Of a DNA stretch of 64,000 nucleotides, positions 50,101-63,992 are shown piece after piece. The notes under the pieces were generated by a model. It made no database searches. It saw nothing but the letters and a program-made list of their open reading frames with translations, and had not been told where the DNA came from. This DNA is from Euprymna scolopes (taxonomy: Eukaryota). A program made the translations under genes and the position numbers. The stretch lies in assembly GCA_053919585.1 (NCBI GenBank), contig CM132795.1, one strand, 5' to 3'. Within the stretch, counting starts at the first letter, position 1, and each line of letters begins with the position of its first letter.

Positions 50101-51352
50101 AAATGTTCTCAATGTTGAAAAGACAAGTTGAAACATTTGCTGAATGTTGAAAAGACAGGTTGAAACATTTGCTCAATGTTGAAAAGACAGGTTGAAACAT
50201 TTGCTCAATGTTGAAAAGACAGGTTGAAACATTTGCTCAATGTTGAAAAGACAGGTTGAAACATTTGCTCAATGTTGAAAAGACAGGTTGAAACATTTGC
50301 TCAATGTTGAAAAGACAGGTTGAAAAATTTGCTCAATCTTGAAAAGACAGGTTGAAAAATTTGCTCAATCTTGAAAAGACAGGTTGAAAAATTTGCTCAA
50401 TGTTGAAAAGACAGGTTGAAAAATTTGCTCAATGTTGAAAAGACAGGTTGAAAAATTTGCTCAATGTTGAAAAGACAGGTTGAAAAATTTGCTCAATGTT
50501 GAAAAGACAGGTTGAAACATTTGCTCAATGTTGAAAAGACAGGTTGAAACATTTGCTCAATGTTGAAAAGACAGGTTGAAAAATTTGCTCAATCTTGAAA
50601 AGACAGGTTGAAAAATTTGCTCAATCTTGAAAAGACAGGTTGAAAAATTTGCTCAATCTTGAAAAGACAGGTTGAAAAATTTGCTCAATCTTGAAAAGAC
50701 AGGTTGAAAAATTTGCTCAATCTTGAAAAGACAGGTTGAAAAATTTGCTCAATCTTGAAAAGACAGGTTGAAAAATTTGCTCAATCTTGAAAAGACAGGT
50801 TGAAAAATTTGCTCAATCTTGAAAAGACAGGTTGAAAAATTTGCTCAATCTTGAAAAGACAGGTTGAAAAATTTGCTCAATCTTGAAAAGACAGGTTGAA
50901 AAATTTGCTCAATCTTGAAAAGACAGGTTGAAAAATTTGCTCAATCTTGAAAAGACAGGTTGAAAAATTTGCTCAATCTTGAAAAGACAGGTTGAAAAAT
51001 TTGCTCAATCTTGAAAAGACAGGTTGAAAAATTTGCTCAATCTTGAAAAGACAGGTTGAAAAATTTGCTCAATCTTGAAAAGACAGGTTGAAAAATTTGC
51101 TCAATCTTGAAAAGACAGGTTGAAAAATTTGCTCAATGTTGAAAAGACAGGTTGAAAAATTTGCTCAATGTTGAAAAGACAGGTTGAAAAATTTGCTCAA
51201 TGTTGAAAAGACAGGTTGAAAAATTTGCTCAATCTTGAAAAGACAGGTTGAAAAATTTGCTCAATCTTGAAAAGACGAGTTGAAAAATTTGCTCAATCTT
51301 GAAAAGACAGGTTGAAAAATTTGCTCAATCTTGAAAAGACAGGTTAAAAAAT
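50101..51352 (+). repeat. 32-bp tandem minisatellite, ~39 units
   Basis: Unit aat(g/c)ttgaaaagacaggttgaaa(c/a)atttgctc. Confidence 0.97.
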
Positions 51353-54022
51353 ATGAAATATATAAAATTAAAAATAAAATATTAATTCCAAATTTTTTAA
51401 TATTTATGCGTCAGCACTTACAAAGTTCTAAAGGCCACGTAATGATAAGCATTAATCAAATTGTTGATTAGATTGATGAAAAATATGAGAGGATTGAGAA
51501 TTGTAGGTGGAAAGGGCAGGATTTGATTTTTTAATTGGATTGCTGAAGTATTTGTTGGCATTAGACTTTAAGTTGATTATGTTGCAGTCAACAGGAAACA
51601 GACACGTGGTATAGAGTTCTACAGATCAAAAATTCATGGACAGAAACTCCATTCATGGGAACTTTGTTTTTAGGTACAGAGAAAAAAAATTTAACATTTT
51701 TGCAGTAGTAGTAAATCAATGAGTTTTTGCTGTGAATTCAATTTAATTCAATCCTTTTATCAGCTGAAGTTTTTAGATTAGTCATTTTTTGAGAAAAAAA
51801 TTGTCAAACAGTTTTGATTAATGATACAATTAATTGGAATCAGAATCTGAAAAATATGAACATTTTGGGGTATTGGAATTGGATCAGAAAAATTTTGGCT
51901 TAATTTTCAAAAAATAATTCTTTTAAGTTTTTTGGTTTAAAACTTAATCTTTCCTTTGCTGATACTAATGATAATATAAATAATTGATTTTAAATCAAGA
52001 GTAAAACTTAAATTTAGAGAGTATAAATACAAAAAAAATAAATAAATAAATAAATAAAAATAGACACACAAAAAAACAAAAAAGAACGGCCTGATGAAAT
52101 ACCACAGATAAAAATGGCAAAAGTAGAGAAATAGGAAAAAATTGCAGAAGTGAAAAATCTAGATGGAAACCTTATGAATTCATCAAAAATCTTAAATGCA
52201 ATACATAAAGGAAAAACATTAGAAAGTTACATTCACAAGTAGATAAGGACTCTCCATTACTTTTCCTACTTAAAAAAAAAATTAAATCCTACATGATTTT
52301 GAGAAACAGGAAAATTATTGGAATTGTCCCATCATATAGTTCTAGTCACAATGCAAATCTCAAAGCACTTTGTAACAAATTACCAGTCCTTAACATCCTG
52401 ACTCACTCATTGTCATTTTCACATCACATCATGAAATCGTGACAGTATAGAGTTACGTCCCTTTCTTTACCGATGCAAAAGATGTGGCAGCAAAAATGAA
52501 GACTTGAAACGAGAAAAAAAATTTTTTTTAAGCTGCTAACATTCTCTCGCTATGCATGGATATACAGATATGGTTAATGCCTCAGCTTCCACTGGAGGGA
52601 GCAAAAGATGGAATACCTGTTTTCTTTGATCACAAGTTTGGTGCTGTTATTCTCTCCTGATTCTCTCTCAATCACTGACATAATGCTTTTGTTATTCTTA
52701 ACGCTGTCCTCAATTCAATATTTCAAAATACAAACATGTATACTTTTACCTCAACTTTGAAATTATCAAAACAATCACAGCTGCATTTCAAACACATCTA
52801 CCAACACCCTTGACCTACATTTCGGTATGATCTAGGTTATAATTCGATGCTAGTTCATAACCCTCACCCCACCCCTAAAATAATATTGAAGAAAAATCAT
52901 TATCATGTATGTGTCATGACAAAGAAAATATCGTACACAAAAATCAAAAAGCAGAACCCATAGAAATTCCATGGTAGTTGAAAATTTTTAAAACAATAAA
53001 ATGAATAAAAAATAAAATAAAACAAATAACGGCGAATTTAAAACAATTGTTTTTTTAGTAAATTCTTTTTTAACCTTTAAAAAGAATTTACATTTTTTTT
53101 CAATGAAAATTCAACACATTTTGTATTTTCTGAATAATTTTTTATATAAAATATAAAGGAACAGATTGCAATTCACTGGCACATTTTTTTTTTAATTTTA
53201 AAAAGCATCTATAATAATAAAAAAAAAATTAGTCTCCTCTCAACAAGACTTTTTTTGAAAATGATAAAATAGCCAATTTGAAACTAAACAGGCAGCCATG
53301 TTTTTCTTTTTTTGTTTTGAAAATTTTTGGAGAGGAAATAGTTTTAATGATTTCTAACTGATAAAGAGCAACTATAAGGGGGGTAATTTGCTTCTCATTA
53401 ATTAATGTTTGTAATGATGGTATGCTTGTTACACCGGGCATCGGACAAGTAAACTAATATTTTACTTTTACTTTTATAAAGAAAATCATTTGTCAGCGAT
53501 TAATAGGAATTAGGGGTTTTCCAATGTCTCTCCTCCCCATGTTAAGAATGGCTTTGTAAAATCTCACAAAAGTTTGAATTATTTGGGATTATCTCCCTTA
53601 GGTTGTAAACTGGCATTGAGAAATCATTGATTGTCTTTTGCCATAAAAGTTGATTTTATTTTTTTAAATAAAACTTAGTTTATGTGATTTTTTAGTGTAT
53701 GACATTTTCTGTTCATCATGGATACATACACCATAAAGATTTTTCATTATTTTTGGTATTTTTCTTTTTTCATAGAGGGGGGGGGCATTTTGGACTTGTA
53801 TCTATAATTCTTATTTACTATCCTACTTTTTTTCAATCAACCTATGACAAAATCACTTTCGAATTAAATGCAAATGAATTTAATTACGTGTAAACATCAG
53901 AGATATTCTAATCTCATTGGCATTTTAATAAACCAAGAGGTTTTTATCTCCTCATTATAAAGTTAATGATACTTTTTCTTTTAAAAGTCATTTCATATTC
54001 GTTTTTTTATGTTGCTTGAATA

Positions 54023-54655
54023 CTAGCAGGGATACCTGACGTTGTACAGGATTAAATAAGGATAAACAAATGTTCCACATTTCCAATATTTTTATTGTCA
54101 TTAAAATCGATGGAATTCCACATTTTTTAATCAAATCAAATGATTGACTTATCTAGTTGGGAACCCAGTACAGTGAACTGGGAGGAAGCTTCACATGCAT
54201 CCCTACAATGATGTAGTCCACAATACATAGTATTTTACATTACACTGTAGAGAACCTAATGTTGATTTTATGAAATTATTTTTATATAATAACTTGAATT
54301 TGAGTTTGAAATGCAAAAGCAAAGTATCATGGTTCAGTTGTGCTCTAAACAGAAACATTCATTTCAAACGCACCTCTGTCTTATAAAATAATCATGCCAG
54401 GCCCTTCTGCTTGTGCGATAATCAAGCTTCAAAAATGTACACATGGTGTTAACTTTGGTCAAAATCGGATTGTTTCTTCTTTAATCAGATTTTTTCGATT
54501 ATCGATACTTATCAAAGGCATTTCAATACAAAATTTATGAAAGGCATTCCACTACAAAACCTATCTAAGAACACTCCCAGACTCAAAGTACATTTGTGTG
54601 AAAAAAAAAAATCAGTCCAGTCCATAAGGAATGAACTCTCACACAGACCAAGTCG

Positions 54656-54660
<5 letters not shown>
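54023..54660 (-). mobile_element. Non-autonomous Helitron-like element
   Basis: ACTAG plus a decayed hairpin (cctgacgttgtacagg) at the left; ends in cacacagac...tatata at the right. Confidence 0.55.
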
Positions 54661-54722
<62 letters not shown>

Positions 54723-55112
54723 TGATTGAATGTATATCATATTTCTCAGTCTGTTAGTCTATCTGTTCCACTTTTTCTTGTAAATAACTGAGCCGATCTG
54801 GCTCAAATTGTGTATGAACTTATGTTATGACAAAGTGCAGCAAACTAAGTGTTATGGTATCCGTTTGATGCAAAGTAAGGGATTAATAGAAATTACTCAT
54901 CACAATACCACATTTACTTAAGTTTAGCAGTATTCCTAAGTTAACAGGCTTTAACTTTTGTCATTTTTTCACAGTCTAAAAAGTCAGAAGGAGGAGACAA
55001 AGGGAATTCAAAAGTCTAGCAGTTTGTGAGAAGAAACTATTAGATTAGAAGGCTTTCCGGTATCTTTGGACCTCTACACTGAAGGTGTGGGACTTTCTTA
55101 TTTATAAATATA

Positions 55113-55609
55113 CTGGAGGGGTTACCCGGCGTTGCCCGGGTGTGTGTAGGTGGTGTGGTAAGGAACTCCGGGGGGGGGGGATTAAAAAAGTGGTAGTAGT
55201 GATGGGTGGAGAGGAAATCAAAACAACAGTAGGCAGTTTGGGGGGGGGAGGGGGTTTAAAAAGGGGGGAGGTAGTAGGCAGGCAGGCAGGCTCAAACCTG
55301 TAACATGAAGGAGGAAAAAAAGTAATGTCTTAGCCATGGTGCAAGCGGAAGTCACAAGCCTTGAAATTAAGAGTAGTCAATCCAACAGAGACATTGACTT
55401 GCAAAAATGTCGATGAAAAAAGTGAACCCCTCCTTGTAAAAAAACGGCTGAGTTGAAGGTGAAGACATGAATGTTTTGGCCAATTTTTCGATATTTGTCG
55501 TCCAAAGGATCGAGCTTAAAATCGATAACAATCTTGTGAAGATCTGTTGCGTGTGTTGAAAGTTTTGGCAGACATACAAACACACACATTTTGTCTTTTA
55601 TATATTAGA
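55113..55609 (-). mobile_element. Non-autonomous Helitron-like element
   Basis: Minus strand: A|TCTAATATATAAAAAG...GTGTGTGT 5' end, 3' hairpin CCCGGGCAACGCCGGG, then CCAG|T (CTAG variant). Confidence 0.75.
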
Positions 55610-55989
55610 TATGTATAAATGATGTTACTAAAGTTCTTACTTTGGTTTCTTAAACAGTGCTCAAGACAAGCGCATGTTTATTGCAGAATTTTTCTTTGTT
55701 AAAGAAAACACAAATTACCTAGATTTTAACATGATACAATGCAAGGCAGTCAACAATAATTCAAGAAAACAAAAATTAAAGCTTTCTACTACGTGGGGTA
55801 AAAATCTGTATGTGAAAGTTTTTTTTTCATCTACTAGATCTTTCCATTTTAAATTCGGAAACAAAGTATCCATTCCAAAACTTATTTTATTCTTGTGTTG
55901 CAATCATTTCGTTTATTTTGATAATGTGACATAAGGTTGGGAAAGTGGGGTTTGAAAAGCCAACACCTTAAAGAAAGAGCATTCTGGCT

Positions 55990-56290
55990 TGCAAAAAATG
56001 CCTAGGCAGGTGCATCAGCATCCCCTGGTAAGGGCGCCTCATGTGATTAGCAATAAACTAACCCCTTCTCAAAGGGTGAGTAGGCAAGGCCTGGGTAGGC
56101 GGAGCCCTCAAAACTGCATAGGACCATACCTTAGCCAAGAGAATGAGCCACCTCAACAATGATCTGGTGTCTTTGGGCCAAATACCCAGCCCACCTCGGC
56201 TGTGACATCATTTCAGATTTTCACTATGTTTGCCTCCCTTCAAATTCTTTGTATACTAATGTTTTCAGCCTAATTATTTGCGGCCATACA
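55990..56290 (+). mobile_element. Probable 5' UTR and endonuclease start of a CR1-like LINE
   Basis: GC-richer island leading into ...SLYTNVFSL, resembling the Y.N.RGL start of APE domains. Confidence 0.35.
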
Positions 56291-56397
56291 CAATTTGTCC
56301 AAACTATTGACCTAATTTTTATTGTTTTGATAAATTTCAAATCAATTTTTTTTAAATTTTTTTTTTTTTAAATATTATTCAACTTTTTATGCATTTA

Positions 56398-56819
56398 CTA
56401 GCAAGGCGCTCGGTCACAAAGTATGCTTACATATGATAGTTTAATTCATGCAAATTTGGTATTTATTATAGAGCCAATTCTCTACTAATTATTATATTGT
56501 ATCCAATATATTGTAGTGATTTAAAAAAAAAATCACTTAGGTGCCTTCAGCTAGAATTGAAACCATCGCATTTAACACTCCGGTCTTAGCTATCATCAAA
56601 TGGATAACAAATAGTTAAAAATGGACAGACTTTAATGTATAAATGTATATCTGTACATCGTATGTAAGCACTTTAAGTCAACTTAAGCTTGGCAAGTTCC
56701 ATCAATGCAAACATTTGATCTGCTCCATGCCGCTCTGCAACATTGCCTTGTCTTGCACTTAAAAAAAAAAAAAAAAAAAAAAAAAATGGAGACAGACATA
56801 TCGAGTTTTAGAAATTAGA
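56398..56819 (-). mobile_element. Non-autonomous Helitron-like element
   Basis: ACTAG left end and ...attagat right end; internal similarity to 59780-60298. Confidence 0.5.
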
Positions 56820-57676
56820 TTATTCAATGTCAAATAATGTTCGATTCCTATAAGATCCAACACTTTCACTACGAATATTGGCCACCTTCATGCGATCATT
56901 CCTGTGAGTACTTAGTACCCAATTCTGAAGAAACTAATGTGTGTATTTATATATAGGATTCACTCCTAAACTAATAAACCGATTATCATGAATTATGGAA
57001 TATATATTCTATGAAACGTGAGGAGTAATGTAGTCACATTATTTTTTGGAAACTTTACCATTTAGAGGATGTGCCCCCCCAAAAAAAAAAGTTTGAAAAT
57101 AAGCTAGGTATAAAACATTTTATAGAGAAAAGAATTGCTCCACATCAAAATTTTTATTATATTATGTAATAAAATTTTAATCAGACTGGTATGTGAGCGT
57201 GAGTGTCAATGTGTATGTAAGAGATAATTCACACTAAGTTTATTAGTTTAAAAGTTTACGGGTATAGAGTCTAGATAACAAAATGAATAACAAGAGCACA
57301 TTTTTTTTTGCAAACTTTATCAAGTTGGGGATGCGCCCCCTGAAAACATACCTACTCTCTAAAGAAAAAGAAAAAATAATAATACTATACATATTTCTTG
57401 TGCCCATCCTAGGCCGGGTATCATGCTCGTTTATATTATAATTCCACATTTTTTGTCAATTTGTTGATTACTTATAGGCTCCAAAACAATTTGACAGAAT
57501 GGCACCAAATTTGAAATAAAGCACCTTGAGTGTGCCTGAGATGTGTGAAAATTTTTATATTGTGAAAACTAAAAACACATTTTTTAAATTTATTGTCAGA
57601 AGTGCATAAAATTTAGCATAAAGAGACCTTTGGATGGTGGAGGTTTTAAAATTAAGAATATTATAAAGCCAAATTT

Positions 57677-57919
57677 AACTGGCCGACTATGGTCGAAGGC
57701 GACCCAAAGGCTCCCTTTTCATTAACTGCTACACGGAGGTGTAGAAAAAAGGTGCCACTATATTCCCAGGATTACTCCACTTATCCTTGATCCTTCCCTT
57801 ATAATGCTGCTTAGTAAAAGGGAATCGAGTACCATTTTATAAATCTTAGATATCACTTAACTAAGAATTGAACCCTGACCTCCTGGTCCATTAATGAATG
57901 CTCTTACCATTATGCCAAA
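57677..57919 (-). mobile_element. tRNA-derived SINE
   Basis: Minus strand begins TTGGCATAATGGTAAGAGC (A box)...GGGTTCAATTCT (B box), followed by a ~180-bp body. Confidence 0.75.
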
Positions 57920-58463
57920 CGGGCCGGTTTTAAGAATATTAATAATGACAGTTGAACAACTTTCTGTAGATGCAAGACTGAAAAGCGTTCTTAACGCAAC
58001 TTTTTGGCTTGTATTAAAGAAAACAAATTTGATGCAAACAACATTGATGAAGATACATGTTTTAATCTCATTTATAAAACTCACTATGTTTGTCTGTCTG
58101 TCGGCCTCCATTTTTTCAAACTACATCTCCTCCAGAATGGTAGGTTGCAGAACAATGCGAGACGGCTCAAATCATTTCATTTGTCGACCGTTCTTTTATG
58201 GTTTTTACCCAGTTAAAATAGGTTTTAAACGGTTAAAAAAAAAGGGGGGGGGGGAATTGAAAATAATCAGAACTTACCAAGCGTGAATCAACTAAAACTA
58301 CTCTTATACGCATGTGCAAATCGTTATACTGTTTGTACATTCATGTTAGATAAAAAAAATCATTAAAAATAAACTGAGTCACGATGGTCCACTCATAACA
58401 TCATTAGCATTTTAATGGTACAGTTTTGCTATCGGTTTCAGTTTTGATTTTAGCTTCAAGTCA

Positions 58464-58498
<35 letters not shown>

Positions 58499-59132
58499 GA
58501 CTTTACATGGGGTACAGTATCATAAAATAATTGGTAGAAAATTGACTCTATAGTAATATATAAGAAATCTGACTAAATTAAAATATGTTTAAGCCTATTT
58601 TATGACCGGACAATGCCTGGCGCCAAGCTCTAGTAATTCATAAATTAAGATTTCAAACTATTCAACACATGATGTGCAACTGACAGGTCACTAAAAGTAC
58701 CCAACAATAATAAAAAAAAAAAATTAAAATAAAAACAAGTATGGAATTGATAAGTCAACGAGTTTAGCCCATGAAAATTCAGAGATTATTTCTGGAAAAA
58801 AAATGAAAGGTCACAATTTTTAGGGGAATCTTAGTTTCCTCTTTTCAATCCTTCATGACATAGAAATGATTCTGACCTTTAAGCCTTTCCACAGATAACC
58901 CCACATTTTTTTTTTGTTGGGAGAGGGAGGGACCACCCCCACATCTATGAACTTTGATACTACTTTTTTATTTCCTGTTATAGCCTTATATCTCATCAAG
59001 AATTATTTTTCTTTGCTAAGGAAAATAGAAAACAAAATTGTCAGTTATGGGCCTGGCAACACAAAAGTTCCCACATTCTAAGATTGAAGTTCTGTTATCT
59101 TTTCCATATATATGCTTGTATGCAGTAAAGTA

Positions 59133-59193
<61 letters not shown>

Positions 59194-59244
59194 AACTAAC
59201 ATATCACAGAAAAGTTCTTAAACAAATGTTTTAAAACGACCAAG

Positions 59245-59595
59245 TTCTGATTCTCTCTTCTGATCTTGATCATGTAGTGCAATGGGGAGAGAGGTGGCTG
59301 GTTAATTTTAATGCATCTAAAACCAAGCTTCTATCTTTACATCATCAACGCTCTGACCCCGTCTGGCATCAATCGAAATGAATGGCTCCTGTCTTGAGGA
59401 GGCTCCATGTTTTGACAAACTTCTAGGTCTGACCTTTACTCCTGATCTGAGATGGAACATGTACAGTAAATCCGCTGCCAGGGCTGCTGGGAAAATGGTA
59501 GGATCCTTCTACCGCTGCAGTAGATATCTCACTGCTGATGCAATTCTCTACCTGTATAAGAGCCAAGTATGTCCAAGGATGGAGTACTGTTGCTT
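59245..59595 (+). mobile_element. Internal RT fragment of a CR1-like LINE
   Basis: LSSDLDHVVQWGERWLVNFNASKTKLL...LLGLTFTPDLRWN.Y...A.KMVG..YR......ILYLYKSQVCPRMEYCC. Confidence 0.85.
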
Positions 59596-60749
59596 GTAGG
59601 TAGTAAAGTACTATTTGTGTGTGTGTGGGGGGGTGCTAACTAACATATCACAGAAGTTTTTAAAGAAAATGTTTTAATAATATATTATTTGTTTTTTTTT
59701 GTTTTTTTTTTACATAGGCATAACCACTTATCAAGGCCAGAGACCACTCGAGGATGTATTATATCTTCTAATTTTATAAATTAAAGCAAGTCGCCCAGCA
59801 TTGCTTGGCCATATAATATGCTTAAATAGGATATTTTAATTAACGCAGATTTCGTACTCATTATTATAGAGGAAATTCTCTATTGATTATTATATTGTAC
59901 CTAATATATATAGTGATGATTTAAAACGTTTAAAACATACTTCAGTACCATCAGCTGGAATCGAAACCAAAATATTCAGCACTCCTACCATAGTTGTTAT
60001 TTAGTGCTACAACCTTCGTTATTGTCTGAGCTATTGCCAAATGGATTAAAAAGGCTAAAAATTAAGCAACTTCAAGCTAAAAATGCATATGTATGCATGA
60101 TCAGAAGATAGATTTACTCCTGCCAAAAGCAACTGCTTTTATTTTTCAATTTTGATACCTTAGCAGCTATTTTACAGGCTAAAACCCAAATCAAGTGTTC
60201 TTGAAGTCCAAATACCCTATATTTCTAGTCCAAATATTCAGGAAGGAGTTTGACAGACGTTTTGCATACACACAGACAAGGTCATTTTATATATATCTTC
60301 ATGTGCTATGTAATGTTTTCTAAAATTCTATGCGATTATACACAATGTAGAAACTATGCATAAAAATTAAGCGTAATAGTTAAATGAAAGAAATCATCTA
60401 ATAACAAACCATAAACAATGAATAATTAAGGAATGCTTGTTTTTCAAACGAATATGCAAATTAGTTGATATTCATGAAGTCGGTCACATATCCATGACTG
60501 AGTATATTAAGTTCGTTTGAACAATTTTTAAATAGAAAAAGTAGGCTTTTAATATCAATGTCAGGGCGAAAAAAAATTATAGGTATATAGATAATCTCTG
60601 AAACAGTTCCAGGGTAAACAGCTGATGATCATCATTTTCTATTTCACAATTTAAATTAAGGTTCCTTGTTCATGTTTAACTGTTATATAGTTCAATTCCA
60701 TGTTGTATTTTTGAATTTTCCAGTGGTAAGTCAGTTTATGCAAATGTTT

Positions 60750-61035
60750 AGTATGTTGACAACATCGAAGAAGGTGTCTTCATCTGCATGCGTTCTGACG
60801 GGAAACTGTTCAACCTTACAAGATTGAAGGCTAAGACCAAGACCAGGAAGGAGCTGATAAGAGAACTGCTGTCCGCAGACGGCACTACTCTGATAGCTCA
60901 CAATCAAGTTCAAGTGCAGAGGATAGTTGATATCTTCTCTAAAACAGCCAGGAAGATCAATCTACAAATAGGGAAGGCAGAAGTGATGTATCAGTCTTCA
61001 TCAGATAACAACTCCCCAACAATCAACAGTGAAGT
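60750..61035 (+). mobile_element. RTE/BovB-like reverse transcriptase fragment
   Basis: EGVFICMRSDGKLFNLTRLKAKTKTRKELIRELLSADG (decayed FADD)...QRIVDIFS...KAEVMYQ. Confidence 0.85.
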
Positions 61036-62299
61036 GATCAGACATTTTGCACATAAAGAGGGATAAAGCATCATCCAGATAAAGCATTGCGGCCCCAACT
61101 AGTCATCATCATATATATAACTAGTCATCATCTAGACTGACGAACTGCATGATGATTACTAATAATTGAAACTGTATTTTTTTTTTGTTGTTTATAAATT
61201 ATTCAGAACTTATGTCAACCTAATTTTGAATCCTTAAATATCAAAAGGGGACTGACGAATCCTTTTGCAATAACTAGCAGAATTTTATCTTAAATCCAGG
61301 ATGATCCAATTGATAAAACCCGGGTATCCTAACAAACACTATCATGTATAGTATTTAAATAAAATAATTTATATTAGCTCTTGAAGAATCTTCAACATTT
61401 GAGTTGTTTTTTAACTCATGATATATAGTAAAACCGTTAAAAACATTAAATGTTAGAAGTGAAATGGTTAATTGAAAAAGAACAATCGCAATTCAGATAA
61501 AGAAATAAATAAAACGTCTTAAACTGGAAAGTTAAAAAAAGGACAGAAAAAAAACAGTGTAGAAAACAAAAAAAAAAAGGAAAACGTTATTCAAATAGAT
61601 TTAAGTTCTCATTAAGACTTTTGCGTGACAGGATGGATATATATTTACAATCTCAATATAAATTTCTCTTTATTAGTTTTGGAGGATATGTTCTCTAATT
61701 ATGATTACTCCTTTTAGTTTATGCATGTTTGATAGACTCTCCTTGTTCAACAGTTGTAAAACTGCCTGTTTATATACCTGTTCTGCATATCATTAAAATT
61801 AAGTTGATTGTTTCCCTGTAATGATATCGAGTGAAAGATGATATCACAGAATAAGAAAATGAAACACTGATAGTCTGAATTGAAAAAGGTTTCATGAGAG
61901 TCCAGTAGGTTGGAATTAATATAGGAAATTCTGAAATTGATTGAAATTGAGCAATTTTTCTTCTCTAAATTCAGTCACCATAGGACTATAAACACAGGGG
62001 CTACATAGGTAAGTGTTACTGTTCTTCTGGTTTATATATTGAAAATATAATCTGGGCAAAAGTTAAGAGGGTTTATATTTAAATGTGATAAAAGCATAAA
62101 TTTAAAAGCACACAAAAATATATAAACTTATTTCAGTGTTTCTATTGAAAAATCCATGGCAAATATGTTCATTTCTAAATCATTCAAGAAAAATCGAATT
62201 TAATGTGATTGGATCAGCTATAAAATGTAACAGGAAACAAAAAATATATACATTACAAAATCAAAAAGACAAACATTTAATTTTGAACAGAGTGCAGTT

Positions 62300-62430
62300 T
62301 GTCTGGTCTCTACCCTTCAACCTCTCTGGCTTGGGTGACCCTTCTAGGGGCCCCAAAGTGAGGGCCCCTGCCAGCATAGCTCTCAGGGTCATTGAGACAC
62401 GGAAGCCCCAACACCACGACAAGGTTGCAC
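62300..62430 (-). mobile_element. Probable 5' UTR of an RTE-clade LINE
   Basis: Minus strand CCTTGTCGTGGTG..GGGGCTT.CGTGTCTCAATGACCCTGAGAGCTATGC resembles RTE 5' ends as I recall them; GC-rich and structured. Confidence 0.55.
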
Positions 62431-63102
62431 TTTTGTTAGGGTCATTATAAAAACATTTTATTTAGTTTTACTCTTTCCATCTTTATTTTTATGCAAATTG
62501 TCTTGAAAAAGTTTTTTTTTTTTTAAATTGTCAAAAATTGAAATATGAAATCATTTAACATCGTGTTCTACTTGAAACAATCAGGGAAATAAACAAAAAA
62601 ATATGTATAATTTAAATACAAATAGAAAATTTAACAGTTTTTAGGGTGGGAATATATTTATTTTAAAAGTCATTTCAGAAAGTTGGAAGTTAAAATTTAT
62701 TCAAACCATTGCAAAATAAAATATTAATTTTCAAACAAAATGGAGATAATGTATTAGAAAAAAAAAGAACAGTATTTTTCTATTATGAAAATGTATTGCA
62801 AATACACATTAGGTTCAGCAGTGGTGCAATGCATTTGTATTAAAAATAGCACACCTGTAGTGGAAAAAAATTTTGGCTTGGGGTTTTGACCACCTAGAAT
62901 TAGTGTGTTTACATGGAAAACTAATAATCGTCTTTAAAAGAAAACAAAACAAATGACACATGCTGAGAAGTCAACCCTCTTGAGATTTAACAGAAGTTAT
63001 ATCCACACCAGATAATAGACTCCATGGTCAGTAAGCTTTTATGTCCATAGATTAAAAGCTGATACATTTCTAGTGGTTTTGCTGTATGGTCCAATAGATT
63101 GA

Positions 63103-63992
63103 TAGGGTGGAATGATAAAATTGTCGCCCTAGAAAAGGCGACATGATTCCATTTCCGTTTGACGAAAACCGTTTTTTTTTGTTGTTGCTGTAGACCATTT
63201 ACTAGTTGGCCAGCTGTGTACAAATCCCAAGAGTGATAGGAGCCTTCTATCATGTCTGAGAGTGATACAATGTTCAACGAGCGAGATCAGAAATATGCTG
63301 ATGTACAACTCTACTGATCTAAGTTATGATAACAGAACCATAGCTAGCTGCCTCAAAATGCATCTGAGTTGCTACAAATAATAGGGACGTGCCCAGGGCG
63401 ATGAAAACAAAATTTCCAGCCACGGTTATGGTTTTTGGTGTGGTTTCAACTGAGAACCACATCATGCCACTCCACATCTTCAAAGTCAACTTAAAAGTCA
63501 ACACCAAAATGTACCAGAATGTACTGAAATGTGTGGTGATCTCCTGGTGCAACCAAGTGGTCGCCGACAGAGCCTGGGTGTAGCAGTAGGACTCAGCGCC
63601 TGCCCACAAGTCCAAAGAGACCCTGGCTTGGCTTCAGAAGGAGTTCTACAACTTTGTACCCTTCTCTCACTGGCCCCTCCCTCTACAACCTGAACTTGCT
63701 AAACTACTTTGTTTGGTCAAATGTCAAGAACATCACCAACATGACCTCCCACAACACCAAAGCCAGCCTGATCGCTGTCATCTGCCAAGTATTTGCCGGC
63801 ACTTATGGAAAAGGCATGTTCCCAGTTCCAGACACATATCGAGACAGTGATTGAGGCTGAAGGTGGCTACATTGAATAGATGTCAGTTCTACTACAGAAT
63901 CAAGTTACCTGAATTGATTTTTTCAATAAATGTTTTAAAATTAAGCTGTAGTGTTGCTTTCTTTTGGGTGACAACTTTATCGTTCTACTTGT
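63103..63992 (+). mobile_element. Tc1/mariner-superfamily (maT-like) element, internally deleted, with TIRs
   Basis: TIRs agggtggaatgataaaattgtcgccc / gggtgacaactttatcgttctacttg. Protein remnants TKFPATVMVFGVVS.E, Q*DSAPAHKSKET..WL and LNLLNYFVW. Confidence 0.85.

Noticed and set aside
52617-52700. Possible minus-strand exon MSVIERESGENNSTKLVIKEN
   Set aside because: Weak donor, wrong phase and no recognisable homology.
3597-54725. ORFs with YI, CV, TH or poly-K/F runs
   Set aside because: Translations of (TA)n, (CA)n and homopolymer microsatellites.
55719-55805. Candidate upstream exon of the SUSD2-like gene (minus strand)
   Set aside because: The only open frame ends in phase 2, incompatible with the phase-1 IPT exon, and it shows no NIDO similarity.
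61138-61178. CTGACGA...GAAAC hammerhead candidate
   Set aside because: No convincing stem II or stem I.
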